Positions 18,765 through 28,384 of a stretch of 64,000 bases of DNA are shown piece after piece. The stretch lies in assembly GCA_021786315.1 (NCBI GenBank), contig JAJYNN010000002.1, positions 545,494-609,493 of the forward strand. The letters are read 5' to 3'. A program made the translations under genes and the position numbers. Every line of letters starts with the position of its first letter. Within the stretch, counting starts at the first letter, position 1. This stretch comes from a bacterium (GTDB lineage: Bacteria; Patescibacteriota; Microgenomatia; Daviesbacterales; UBA10151). The notes under the pieces were generated by a model, which was not told the origin of the DNA, made no database searches, and was given only the letters and a program-made list of their open reading frames with translations.

Positions 18765-21700
18765 TTATGCACTAAGTTGTATGTATGGATAATCCTTGTA
18801 AAGATTCTCTGCCTGTTCATATACCTTATCAACCATCAAGTCCACCTCTGCAAATGAAATATTATTCCTTAATAAGACTAACCTCACATCTGCTCTTACT
18901 CGAGCTTTAATAATTTCATGGTTAGTCCAGTCAATTGCTATATCTGCCCTTATAGCATGTATAATTTCTTTCACAATCCTCTTTAGATTACTATCTTTTA
19001 AAGACTTCTTACCCAGTGATAAGGCATCATAAAAAGCTAATTCCTCTACTGTTAATCCAATCTCCTTGCCAACTTCACTTGCTTGTCTAATTTCTCTAGC
19101 CAGTTCTAATAATTTATCTATCACTTTAGATGAATTGATAATATTGTTTTCATATTCCTCAATGATTTCTTCTAATTTATTAAGGAGAGTGTCATACCTT
19201 AAAATATTTGTTCTTCTGCGCATTTTTAATTCATCTTTTAACAGTTTGTTTATTGCCTCAATTGTTAGATTCTTAAATCTAGATTTCTTAATATCTTCCA
19301 GGAATCTTTCATCCAATATAGAAATATCAGGTTCCTCTCTCCCATTTTGAGAAAATATATCTATTACACCCTCAGCGACTATATTTTTTGAGATTAGATC
19401 TTTAATCGCGGTTTCTGTTTCATTACTTATATAGATTGGGTCTACAGTAGTGTTTTTAATGATAATTTTTCTAACTCCTTCGAAAAATTCTAGTTCTTCC
19501 CGAATATTATTTGCCGCTTTATGTGGCATTACTAAAGAGAAAAATTTATATAGTCTGCTGGAAAGGCTTAAGTATTGGTCTTTTTGTGCTGTATTTATAC
19601 CACCAGATACCGGATCCGTTAAAATTCCATTAACCGCTCTTGCAAAAAGTGACGCCAGTTCGCTACTAGGTAACTTATGCCAGTTGGTATATTCAATCCC
19701 TTCAAAAAATTTCTTTACTTTTTTATAGTGTTCTAACATTTTCGCGACCATCTCCTCTATTGGAACCATGGCTTGTTTTTGAACATCCGAAGTGTAGATT
19801 GCTAAAGCTTTCTTTAAGTTATCAGCAACACCAATATAATCAACAATTAACCCACCCTCTTTATCTTTATAGCGTCTGTTAACCCTAGCAATTGCCTGCA
19901 TCAAAGTATGACCTTCAAGAGGTTTATCTAAATAGAGTGTATTTAAATGAGGAACATCAAAGCCTGTAAGCCACATATCACAAACGATAACAATTTTTAA
20001 AGGATCTTCAGGATTTTTGAATCTTTTCTCAATTTCCCTATTATCTAACTCTTCTTGAATTTGTCCCTGAAAATCCTTACTGCCAGAAACAACAACAGCA
20101 ATTTCCGGTGCACCCTTCATTGTTTTGATAATTTCGTACATTCTTGCAGCAATTCTTCTACTCATAGTCACAAGTAATGCCTTTCCTTTATATCTTCTAT
20201 TTATAAAATGAAAAACGACATCATAAGCCACTTTTTGTAATCGATCCTCCGCTCCAATAGCGCTCTCCAAAGTAGCCCATTTATTCCTTAAGACGTCTTT
20301 TGTATCTATTGGATGCTCAGCTAATAATTGATCAAAGTCCAAATCAATGTATTTGTTGAAAACATGTAGAGGGGTTAATCGTCCTTCATAGTAGATTGGC
20401 ACCGTTGTTCCGTCCTCAACTGCTTTATCAATTGGATATTCACTAAATTCCTCACCAAAGACCATTTGTGTATTTCTGTTTTGCAAAGAGATTGGAGTAC
20501 CAGTAATACCCATAAAAGAGGCATTTGGTAAAACATCTCTAACATTGCCTGCAAATGTGGCATATTGCGATCTGTGCGCTTCGTCTGCAATCACGATAAT
20601 ATTTTCTCTTTCCGATAAAGGTTCTCTCGTATCAAACTTCTGAATAGTAGTAAATAGAACCTCGGATCCAGCTCCTTTTAGCTGATTAATTAATCCAGCG
20701 ATACTGCCTGCTTGTTTTACAGTGGGGTAACCTGTTCGCAAGAAAGTTTTATACAGCTGCTGATCCAAATCATTACGGTCTGTTAAAAACAGTATTGTCG
20801 GGCTTTTTAGTTGCTCCGCTCTTTTAGCTTTATTAACATAGAAAACCATAGATAAAGATTTTCCGCTTCCTTGTGTATGCCAAAAAACTCCAATCTTTTT
20901 ATTACTAACGATAGCTTGTAAAGTTCTTCCAATCGCTTTGTTCACGCCAAAATATTGATGATACATCGCCATCTTCTTGGTAAATTTAGAAGCATCTTTC
21001 TCAGCGTCTGCCTCAAAGACAATAAAGTTCTCAATTAGATCAAGTAAATGATTTTTATTAAACATTCCCTTTATCAAAAGTTCTAATTCTGACTTCTCTA
21101 GATTTTTTTCGTTCTCACTCTCTATTCCTTTCCAAACATTAAAAAAGTCGAAGGAAGACGAAATAGTTCCATGCTTCGCCTTCATTAGATCGCTGATAAC
21201 AAGTACCTGGTTATACAAAAATATCTTTGGAATTTCTTTTTTATACAAGTCGTGAATTTGTGAGTATGCGTCGGCAATTGTCACCTTTCCATCAACGGGA
21301 TTTTTTACTTCAAATAATCCCACGGGAATTCCGTTAATAAAAACGACCACGTCTGGAATTCTTATAGAAGATCCTTGAACAGAAAATTGGTTAACTACTA
21401 AAAACTCGTTGTTATCCGGATTTCTATAATCAATAATATTTACGATCTCACCTTTAAGATCATTATTTTTGTCTTTGACTTCTACTCTTATCCCTTCCGT
21501 CAACCACTTAAAAACTTCTTTGTTTCCTAACTCTAAATCCTGATGATCATATTTAGTGATCTTATCTACAACCTCGTTAACTTTTTCATCTGGAATATCT
21601 GGATTTATTCTTTTTAAAGATCTTTTTAGTCGCGTCTCTAGAACAACCTCTCTATAATCACTACGTTCTTGAAAAGTTCCGCCAGGGGAGATATCAGGAC

Positions 21701-21782
21701 CATATGCATGTTCATAACCCAATTCATTGAGCCATTCTAATACTGGTTTTTCTGCTAAATTATTTTCATTAAGTTTTGACAT
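18765..21782 (-). CDS. hsdR: Type I restriction endonuclease subunit R
   Basis: PD..VFINGIP...EVK nuclease, HTQGSGKS, DEAHR, TGT, DMWLTGFDVP, QAIARVNR. Confidence 0.96.
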   Translation of the reverse strand: MSKLNENNLAEKPVLEWLNELGYEHAYGPDISPGGTFQERSDYREVVLETRLKRSLKRINPDIPDEKVNEVVDKITKYDHQDLELGNKEVFKWLTEGIRVEVKDKNNDLKGEIVNIIDYRNPDNNEFLVVNQFSVQGSSIRIPDVVVFINGIPVGLFEVKNPVDGKVTIADAYSQIHDLYKKEIPKIFLYNQVLVISDLMKAKHGTISSSFDFFNVWKGIESENEKNLEKSELELLIKGMFNKNHLLDLIENFIVFEADAEKDASKFTKKMAMYHQYFGVNKAIGRTLQAIVSNKKIGVFWHTQGSGKSLSMVFYVNKAKRAEQLKSPTILFLTDRNDLDQQLYKTFLRTGYPTVKQAGSIAGLINQLKGAGSEVLFTTIQKFDTREPLSERENIIVIADEAHRSQYATFAGNVRDVLPNASFMGITGTPISLQNRNTQMVFGEEFSEYPIDKAVEDGTTVPIYYEGRLTPLHVFNKYIDLDFDQLLAEHPIDTKDVLRNKWATLESAIGAEDRLQKVAYDVVFHFINRRYKGKALLVTMSRRIAARMYEIIKTMKGAPEIAVVVSGSKDFQGQIQEELDNREIEKRFKNPEDPLKIVIVCDMWLTGFDVPHLNTLYLDKPLEGHTLMQAIARVNRRYKDKEGGLIVDYIGVADNLKKALAIYTSDVQKQAMVPIEEMVAKMLEHYKKVKKFFEGIEYTNWHKLPSSELASLFARAVNGILTDPVSGGINTAQKDQYLSLSSRLYKFFSLVMPHKAANNIREELEFFEGVRKIIIKNTTVDPIYISNETETAIKDLISKNIVAEGVIDIFSQNGREEPDISILDERFLEDIKKSRFKNLTIEAINKLLKDELKMRRRTNILRYDTLLNKLEEIIEEYENNIINSSKVIDKLLELAREIRQASEVGKEIGLTVEELAFYDALSLGKKSLKDSNLKRIVKEIIHAIRADIAIDWTNHEIIKARVRADVRLVLLRNNISFAEVDLMVDKVYEQAENLYKDYPYIQLSA

Positions 21783-21783
21783 A

Positions 21784-22602
21784 TTAGTGATCTTCCAATT
21801 GTAATTTTTGTTGAGGTTCTTTATATGACTCTATATCAACTACTTTAATTTTGGGAACCTCATAATCACTATTTCTTATTACTATCCCTCTCAACTGAAC
21901 TTTTTCCATTTCAAGATATTCGTGAAATTTCGTCGTACTCTTTTCTTTATCCAAAGGAGAAACATTTAAGGTGTACCCTTTATAAATAAATCCTAAATCA
22001 TTTAATTTTTTATTTATCCGTGTAATTTCTCCATCTATAACAACTTCCTCTCCGTTTCTAAGTTCCGGTAATATGGGATCTTCTTGTTTATCTACATAAA
22101 ATTGATACTTATTATCGCAAGTAATCTTGAATGACTTATCTCCTATAACGATTTCCGCATGTTCGTTGTATTCGCTAACTGGCCTCGCCATTTTTTCTGC
22201 ACCTTTTCTGAAATCATAACTTCTACATAATTCAAAGACCTTCTTGTCGGAAATGGCGTCTAACAATTCTTTTGTGGGATTCTTCAAGCTATTCGATCCA
22301 AATCTATCGATTATTACAAAGGCTGATACTATTATTGTGGCTACATAACTTATTCGCTCTACGGTTTGCCAGGGGTGCTTCTGAACATATATAAGCTTTG
22401 TTCTAACCGAACCATTTTCAATTGGAAGAACGTATATATTATCGTAAGCCAGCATTCCTATTTTTGCTGCTTCTTTTAAACATGTCTCCAAGCCAATAAT
22501 TGCTTCTCCTAACTCTTTAGCTGGCATTGCACTTTTTTCCGCAGAATACACTAAGAATATTTCCGATGAAGAGGGATCGACTTGGAATAGTTGTTGATTC
22601 AT
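21784..22602 (-). CDS. hypothetical protein embedded in the Type I RM operon
   Basis: 272-aa ORF abutting hsdS and hsdR. Confidence 0.75.
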   Translation of the reverse strand: MNQQLFQVDPSSSEIFLVYSAEKSAMPAKELGEAIIGLETCLKEAAKIGMLAYDNIYVLPIENGSVRTKLIYVQKHPWQTVERISYVATIIVSAFVIIDRFGSNSLKNPTKELLDAISDKKVFELCRSYDFRKGAEKMARPVSEYNEHAEIVIGDKSFKITCDNKYQFYVDKQEDPILPELRNGEEVVIDGEITRINKKLNDLGFIYKGYTLNVSPLDKEKSTTKFHEYLEMEKVQLRGIVIRNSDYEVPKIKVVDIESYKEPQQKLQLEDH

Positions 22603-23745
22603 CTAAATTGTTATTTCTCCTTTCATTAATTTTGGTAAAAGCAAATCACGCAAAGCAGTTAATTTTTGATTTTCCAGCTTTAAACTGATCATAGTTCTGT
22701 AAGTAACATCAAAAATATTTATATTTTTATTGTCAGATATAAAAATATTTTGTTCTTTTAAATGCTCTTTTTTAATATGTCCCATGGTCGTAGCTTTGGC
22801 ACCCGCCTGTTGTTGAAAAAATTTTAGCTTCGACTTAAGAAGAAAATATATAAACCCTTTGGAAAAATCACTTGTTGGAACTACATTAAATATATGCTGG
22901 TTTAATATCGCCTTATCTTTATCCCAGATATACAAATCTACTGTACCAGACCAAGAGAATAGCAAGTCACCGTTTTGGATGTAATATTTATCGTCCACCT
23001 TTTTGTCTATCCATTCAGTATTATCTGAAACTCCTCTGTTTAAGTCAGCAATTTTTATTAGCGGAAGTCCTTTCTTCATTCTGTTTGTAATTTTTCCAAA
23101 AGCCCCGCCATTAATATAATTCGCTATATCCAACAATGAATATTTAGTACCTTCATTAGAGGAGAACCATTTTTTAAAAAATGTCTGGGCCATTTCTTCT
23201 AAAGTTTTTGAAATTTTATTGTTCACTTCAATCTTTTCATCTAATGCAGCTAAAATTCTGGAAATTTTTTTTTGTATAGACAATGGAGGGGTTGGAACTA
23301 AAACATTCTCGAAAGTACCAAGATTAATATTGTCTTGTGCGCTACCGATGGCATAACTTTGAATATTTCTCTTAAGATATTGCAGAGAATATAGAATAAA
23401 ATCTGGATCGCTTTTTTCTTCGTCTGCTAAAAAACCGATTACACTATCAGGGAAACACGCCGGAAAAGTTAGTTTTCCTAAATCTGCAATATTTGCTGCG
23501 ATCGTTATACAAATTGTATTAACGGGCCACATCCTACTTTGTTTTAAACCATTTTCACTGTATGTTTGTGAATATGAAGTTATTCGACCACCTGAGGCTT
23601 TCACATCACCTGTTTGTATAAATGGGTACGGACCACCATACAATATCCTTGCGTCTCTTGGCCGATGTCGAGATCTTCCTCTATTAAGTTCACCTAACTG
23701 AGTTAATTTTTTTAATTGCCAATTATCTGGAATCTGATTTTGCAT
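22603..23745 (-). CDS. hsdS: Type I RM specificity subunit
   Basis: IPDNW, PPLSIQKKI...LDEKIE.N...LEEMAQ, LRDLLLPKLMKGEI; two TRDs. Confidence 0.95.
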   Translation of the reverse strand: MQNQIPDNWQLKKLTQLGELNRGRSRHRPRDARILYGGPYPFIQTGDVKASGGRITSYSQTYSENGLKQSRMWPVNTICITIAANIADLGKLTFPACFPDSVIGFLADEEKSDPDFILYSLQYLKRNIQSYAIGSAQDNINLGTFENVLVPTPPLSIQKKISRILAALDEKIEVNNKISKTLEEMAQTFFKKWFSSNEGTKYSLLDIANYINGGAFGKITNRMKKGLPLIKIADLNRGVSDNTEWIDKKVDDKYYIQNGDLLFSWSGTVDLYIWDKDKAILNQHIFNVVPTSDFSKGFIYFLLKSKLKFFQQQAGAKATTMGHIKKEHLKEQNIFISDNKNINIFDVTYRTMISLKLENQKLTALRDLLLPKLMKGEITI

Positions 23746-23746
23746 A

Positions 23747-25537
23747 TTAATAATTAATCTTTTTTAGATTTTCTAAAATTTCCTTTTCTAATTTTTCAGA
23801 TTTTGTGAAATATTGTTTTAGTTCTGATTCTAATTCTTTCATCTTTTCTTCGAACGGAACTCCATCCTCCTCTTCATCCTCCACTCCAACAAAACGACCC
23901 GGTGTTAAAACATAACCACTTTTTACAATTTCCTCTTTTGTTGTTGCCTTACAAAATCCGGAAACATCTTTATATTCTCCATTTTCGCTCCTCCAAGCCC
24001 TCACAGTATTAGCAATTAGCTGAACTTGTTCTTCATTAAAAGTCACTTGTTTTCGAGAGATTTGAGTAAAATATTTTGAGTCTCGAGCATCAATGAAAAG
24101 AGTTTCTCCTTTTCTGTTTCTGAATCTGCCGGATTCTTTATTTTTTGTGACAAACCATAACGACACTGGAAGGGAAACATTAAAAAATAGTTTTGGAGGA
24201 CAAGCAATTATTACATCAATCAGATCATCCTCAATCATTCTTTTTCTGATTTCACCTTCCTTGCCGGAAACAGCCAACGCTCCATTAGCCATTACAAATC
24301 CAGCTATTCCATTTGGGGTTAAGTGGTTTATAAAATGTTGAATCCACATAAAGTTAGCATTTCCTTTCGGAGGAGTGCCATAAACTAATCTCGGATCTTT
24401 TTCAGAAAGACGATCTGAATCCCATTCTGCATTAAATGGAGGATTAGCCAGGATAAAATCGACTTTAAGTTCTCTGAACTTGTCATCATAGTAAGAATTA
24501 CCAAATTGGATATTTCCAAAAACTCCACGGATAGCAAGATTCATCTTGCAGAGCTTTAAAGTTGTTTGATTACTTTCTTGGCCGAATATGGATATTTTTG
24601 TCGGATCTTTATGGTGCTCTTGCAAGAATTTGCTGGACTGGACAAACATTCCACCAGACCCACAACATGGGTCTAAAACCCTACTGTTTTCATAAGGTTC
24701 AAGAATTTCAACTAAAAGTTTTACTAGCGAACGAGGTGTATAAAATTCTCCTCCTCTTTTACCCTCAGCATCAGCAAACTGTCCCAAGAAATATTCATAG
24801 ACTCTACCAAGTAAATCTTTCTCTCTATCCTCATCATCGTTGAAATCTATCCGGGAAAAAATATTAATGAGTTCTCCTAAGATTTGACTTTCAAGTGGAA
24901 CGCGAACATAACTCTTTGGCAGAACTCCTGTCAGCTGTTCAGGGTTTTCATTTTCTATAGCTTCCATAGCATCGTCGATATACTTCGCTAAATCTGATAA
25001 GGCAGCTTTGCTTCTCAAATATTCCCATCTGGCGATTTCTGGAATATAAAAGATCCCCTCCTTCTTATACATGTCTTTATCTTCCAAAATCATTTCTCGA
25101 GCAGCGGGGTTAGGGATATAGTATTGCTTGTTTTTGGAATCACTCATCCATTTTTGAAGTTTTTCTCTTCTTTGGTAAAAAGAATCAGAAATATACTTAA
25201 GGAAAATAAGACCTAAAACGACATTCTTGTAATCAGAAGAATCAATATTACCCCTAAGTCTATCTGCAGCTGCCCATAGCTCTTTTTCAAAATGAATATC
25301 TGTTTTAGGTTTACTAGCTAAATCCCGAGCTTCCTTTGCTGTAGCTTTTTGAGTTTGGATAATTCTATCTTTAAAATCCTGAGGAAGAGTATTGTACTTT
25401 AGAAGATATTTTTTACCCTCTGTTCGTGTTTCGATTTCTCCAGCATTAATTTTACCTTGGAGTTGCTTTAAAACAGCCTGACGAGATATACCTAATATCC
25501 TGGCGATATCACTAATTGAGATAAAATTTTCATCCAT
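23747..25537 (-). CDS. hsdM: Type I RM N6-adenine methyltransferase with N-terminal HTH
   Basis: LWAAADRLRG, GEFYTP, DPCCGSGG, NPPF; N-term ISISDIARILGISRQAV helix-turn-helix. Confidence 0.95.
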   Translation of the reverse strand: MDENFISISDIARILGISRQAVLKQLQGKINAGEIETRTEGKKYLLKYNTLPQDFKDRIIQTQKATAKEARDLASKPKTDIHFEKELWAAADRLRGNIDSSDYKNVVLGLIFLKYISDSFYQRREKLQKWMSDSKNKQYYIPNPAAREMILEDKDMYKKEGIFYIPEIARWEYLRSKAALSDLAKYIDDAMEAIENENPEQLTGVLPKSYVRVPLESQILGELINIFSRIDFNDDEDREKDLLGRVYEYFLGQFADAEGKRGGEFYTPRSLVKLLVEILEPYENSRVLDPCCGSGGMFVQSSKFLQEHHKDPTKISIFGQESNQTTLKLCKMNLAIRGVFGNIQFGNSYYDDKFRELKVDFILANPPFNAEWDSDRLSEKDPRLVYGTPPKGNANFMWIQHFINHLTPNGIAGFVMANGALAVSGKEGEIRKRMIEDDLIDVIIACPPKLFFNVSLPVSLWFVTKNKESGRFRNRKGETLFIDARDSKYFTQISRKQVTFNEEQVQLIANTVRAWRSENGEYKDVSGFCKATTKEEIVKSGYVLTPGRFVGVEDEEEDGVPFEEKMKELESELKQYFTKSEKLEKEILENLKKINY

Positions 25538-25546
25538 GCCGGAAGC

Positions 25547-25592
25547 AGTATAGTACTAAAAAATAATTCTGTCAAGTTGTCATCGTGACAAC
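25547..25592 (-). promoter_or_regulatory. sigma70 promoter of hsdM with adjacent palindromic operator
   Basis: TTGACA (25575-25570), 17 bp, TATACT (25552-25547); GTTGTCA-N3-TGACAAC at 25576-25592. Confidence 0.75.
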
Positions 25593-25627
25593 CTTAAATT
25601 AGAAATAATTGCGATACAAGAGTTTCT

Positions 25628-26485
25628 TCAGTAACACTTTTTAGTGCTACTACCCTCTAAATAATAAGACTCTTTTTTAGGATCAAACCGATATGTATTC
25701 TTTTCTTCGGTATCACTTCCATGATCTCCACAAGACCAACCTTGCTCAACCTTCCCTTCAGAATTTGGCAGAAAGTTATCGACCCAGTAGAAAGTTTGAT
25801 CTTTGTTGATTATTGGATAGACAACAGCTTTATTATTGGCCTTACTATATCCCAAGACTAAATGTTCAGTATGTCCACAAGCCAAAGTAAAACCATTTAG
25901 GAGAAACTCATAATAATACCCATCGCCGTTTAAATCCTGAAAATTCATCAAGTCCACATCTGTATACTCGAGTTGTTCTACAGAAGGTTCGCTACCTTCC
26001 AATTTCAAATAAGCCGGATCAGCGTTCATTCTGATATTTTGATAAGCTAAACGGATATTATTGCTTGGAGGTAATGGTTTCCCTGTACTTAAATCTACAT
26101 TAGAGCCCGAACCCGGAATCGAAACATCATTAATAAGTTTGTTGTTTTGTATCAGGGCTAAATGATAGTTACCTTCAATCGCTCTTCCCTCTATGCCGGA
26201 AGCACAAGAAGTATAAGCAGACCATCTGCGGGATGGTTCTAATAATTCGTCTGTTTTAGAGTTTAATACATAGAGCACCAAGTACGATTCAGGAGAAAGA
26301 TTGGGAATTTTCTTATATTCTCGGAGTAATGCTTCTTTGGGAATTAAGTTCTTGATAGAACTGTCGCTAATATTTGTTTTATCGGGTTTATTTATGTTTT
26401 TTGTATCAATTTTTAAAGAGGGAAAATAGAAGAAACCAACAATCAACACAAATGGAATGATAAATAATAACTTTTTTCTGCTCAT
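25628..26485 (-). CDS. membrane-anchored extracytoplasmic protein
   Basis: N-terminal TM, four Cys, DLNGDG motif. Confidence 0.75.
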   Translation of the reverse strand: MSRKKLLFIIPFVLIVGFFYFPSLKIDTKNINKPDKTNISDSSIKNLIPKEALLREYKKIPNLSPESYLVLYVLNSKTDELLEPSRRWSAYTSCASGIEGRAIEGNYHLALIQNNKLINDVSIPGSGSNVDLSTGKPLPPSNNIRLAYQNIRMNADPAYLKLEGSEPSVEQLEYTDVDLMNFQDLNGDGYYYEFLLNGFTLACGHTEHLVLGYSKANNKAVVYPIINKDQTFYWVDNFLPNSEGKVEQGWSCGDHGSDTEEKNTYRFDPKKESYYLEGSSTKKCY

Positions 26486-27273
26486 TTATTACTATCAAAA
26501 ATATTTATTTCAGATACATTAATAACATTGGCTTCTCTAGTTAGGTTTCCTTTAACCATTACTTGTTTGTTTATAGAATTGTTGATGGTATTGAGGGCTG
26601 TTTGGGATTTTGGGAGTAGCTTCCATAAAGTTGTATCGGGTAAAGATAAATAGTATTGTCCGTCTTGAGTTTTCTGAATAGTTCCTTGATAGACAATAGC
26701 TCGATGAAGGATAGGGCTTGAGTTAGGGAAAAGAATTCCGGCAGCCGAATTTAGACCAGAGGTATAACCAGTTCCGAAAGAAGCTGCGAGGGCAATCATA
26801 ATAGCTACTGCAGTCATAGGCTTAATTCTAAACTTAAATCCAATATCTATGCCCTCGTTTCCCAAAAGGTGTTTAATCCATTTTTTAAAGTAAGTTACGG
26901 GATTAGTAACTTTCACATCCACCATTGGAGGATCATTATTTTCTGAGTATTTATCATTTTGGGTTACTTGGATTGGAGCAGGGTAAGAGGAATCAGGGTG
27001 ATCAGGGATATTAGGGGAAATTGGAGGATTGGGATTATCAGGGACAGTATAATCACTTTTAATAAAGTGTCCTTGGGCATCTCGCTTTTGGTGTTTTGCT
27101 AATTCACTTTGAACAGGGTCTATTAAGTCAGGAGAAGGATTTGAAGGAATAGGAGGAATGGGGGTATCAGGGAAATTGGGGGGATTCGGGGAAGGAGTTT
27201 GAGCTAATGGTTCGGGTTGAGTTGGTTGTTGAGGGGTAAAGGAATTATTAGGATCAGGCAGTTTGTCATCCAT
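26482..27273 (-). CDS. Pro-rich membrane protein, paralog of 15092..16069
   Basis: Shares long identical blocks with 15092..16069. Confidence 0.8.
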   Translation of the reverse strand: MDDKLPDPNNSFTPQQPTQPEPLAQTPSPNPPNFPDTPIPPIPSNPSPDLIDPVQSELAKHQKRDAQGHFIKSDYTVPDNPNPPISPNIPDHPDSSYPAPIQVTQNDKYSENNDPPMVDVKVTNPVTYFKKWIKHLLGNEGIDIGFKFRIKPMTAVAIMIALAASFGTGYTSGLNSAAGILFPNSSPILHRAIVYQGTIQKTQDGQYYLSLPDTTLWKLLPKSQTALNTINNSINKQVMVKGNLTREANVINVSEINIFDSNK

Positions 27274-27387
27274 AAATCCAGTATATCTACTAGATTAGAA
27301 AGGTGCAACTGCAGCGGAAATATACAAAAAGTTATCCAATATATTGTGTATTGACTCGGCTTTCCATACAAGGTGTAAAATTTAATT

Positions 27388-27720
27388 ACTCTCTGCAGTA
27401 GCGGAGGTAGAAGGGAGGGCCATGAATTTGACCCAACTTTTGTACTCCGTGAGTATCTTTGGTAATTGAAACTAGCAAACGGACAAGCAAGGAGGATCCA
27501 AATAACCTTGCTTACTTAATTGTTCAGGGAAGATTACTGACAACACTCTAGCGGAGGCTCACCTTTGTCTTACCTAAAGGTTAAGTGTTGTCTACCGGAA
27601 AATTGGGAGAGAATAACCAATCAAAGCAAACTGAGACGTCGGTTTGGGGAGATATAGGTATTAGGTACTTTTGTAGGTGAGAGGGCCACTCAGTATTCTC
27701 ACTGGGTGGCCTTTTCTTTA
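27388..27720 (+). ncRNA. candidate structured ncRNA (~330 nt)
   Basis: TTGACT..TAAAAT upstream, several stems, strong terminator at 27684-27719, no long ORF. Confidence 0.4.
27684..27719 (+). terminator. intrinsic terminator
   Basis: ggccactcagt-attctc-actgggtggcc followed by ttttcttt. Confidence 0.85.
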
Positions 27721-28384
27721 TTCTCCTTGCAAACTCTTTTCTCTTCTGTGGCGGTTCCGCCGCCCCCGCCCCTTTGGGATAATAACCGTTCAGGAGGGCA
27801 GCACCTTAGAAGAAATCTTTTTGGAATTAGTAGTAAGTAAAATGGGTGCTGCCCGACAATAGCGAGGGCCGAGAAAGCCAAGTCATATTTTAGAAGAACC
27901 GGCCCGAGCCCTCGGAATTAGTGCGAGAAAGTTTCTCGAGAAACTTTCGAGCGGCATGGATGCAAGTAGGGCTAAAAATTGCGGCGGGGGCGATTGCGGA
28001 CAAACCCCCGCAACGGCAGGAGGTATTAGAAAGAAGAAAAGGGTAGGCGAAAAGTACCGAAGGTAACCTTACCCAACGAACTTTTCGCCGAGTTAGATAC
28101 TACCAATACTAGTTCGTAAGGCAACAATATAGGCGAGGCGCCCCCTAGGGCGACCTCTCGCCCAAAAGCGGGGGTGCCGCTACTACTAATTTGGGTGGGT
28201 GGGTTAGTTCAGGATACAAGATTTACTCTTCTTACCCGTTACCGTAGCGGTAACGGTATCCGTAACGGTCCGTTACGGTGATTAGCTTGTCAAAAACCGC
28301 TAAACTCCCCATTCTTAAATATCTTAATAATTCTTTAAAAATCGCGCGCTTTTCTGTCTCTTAGCAAAAAATACCAGAGCGAGG

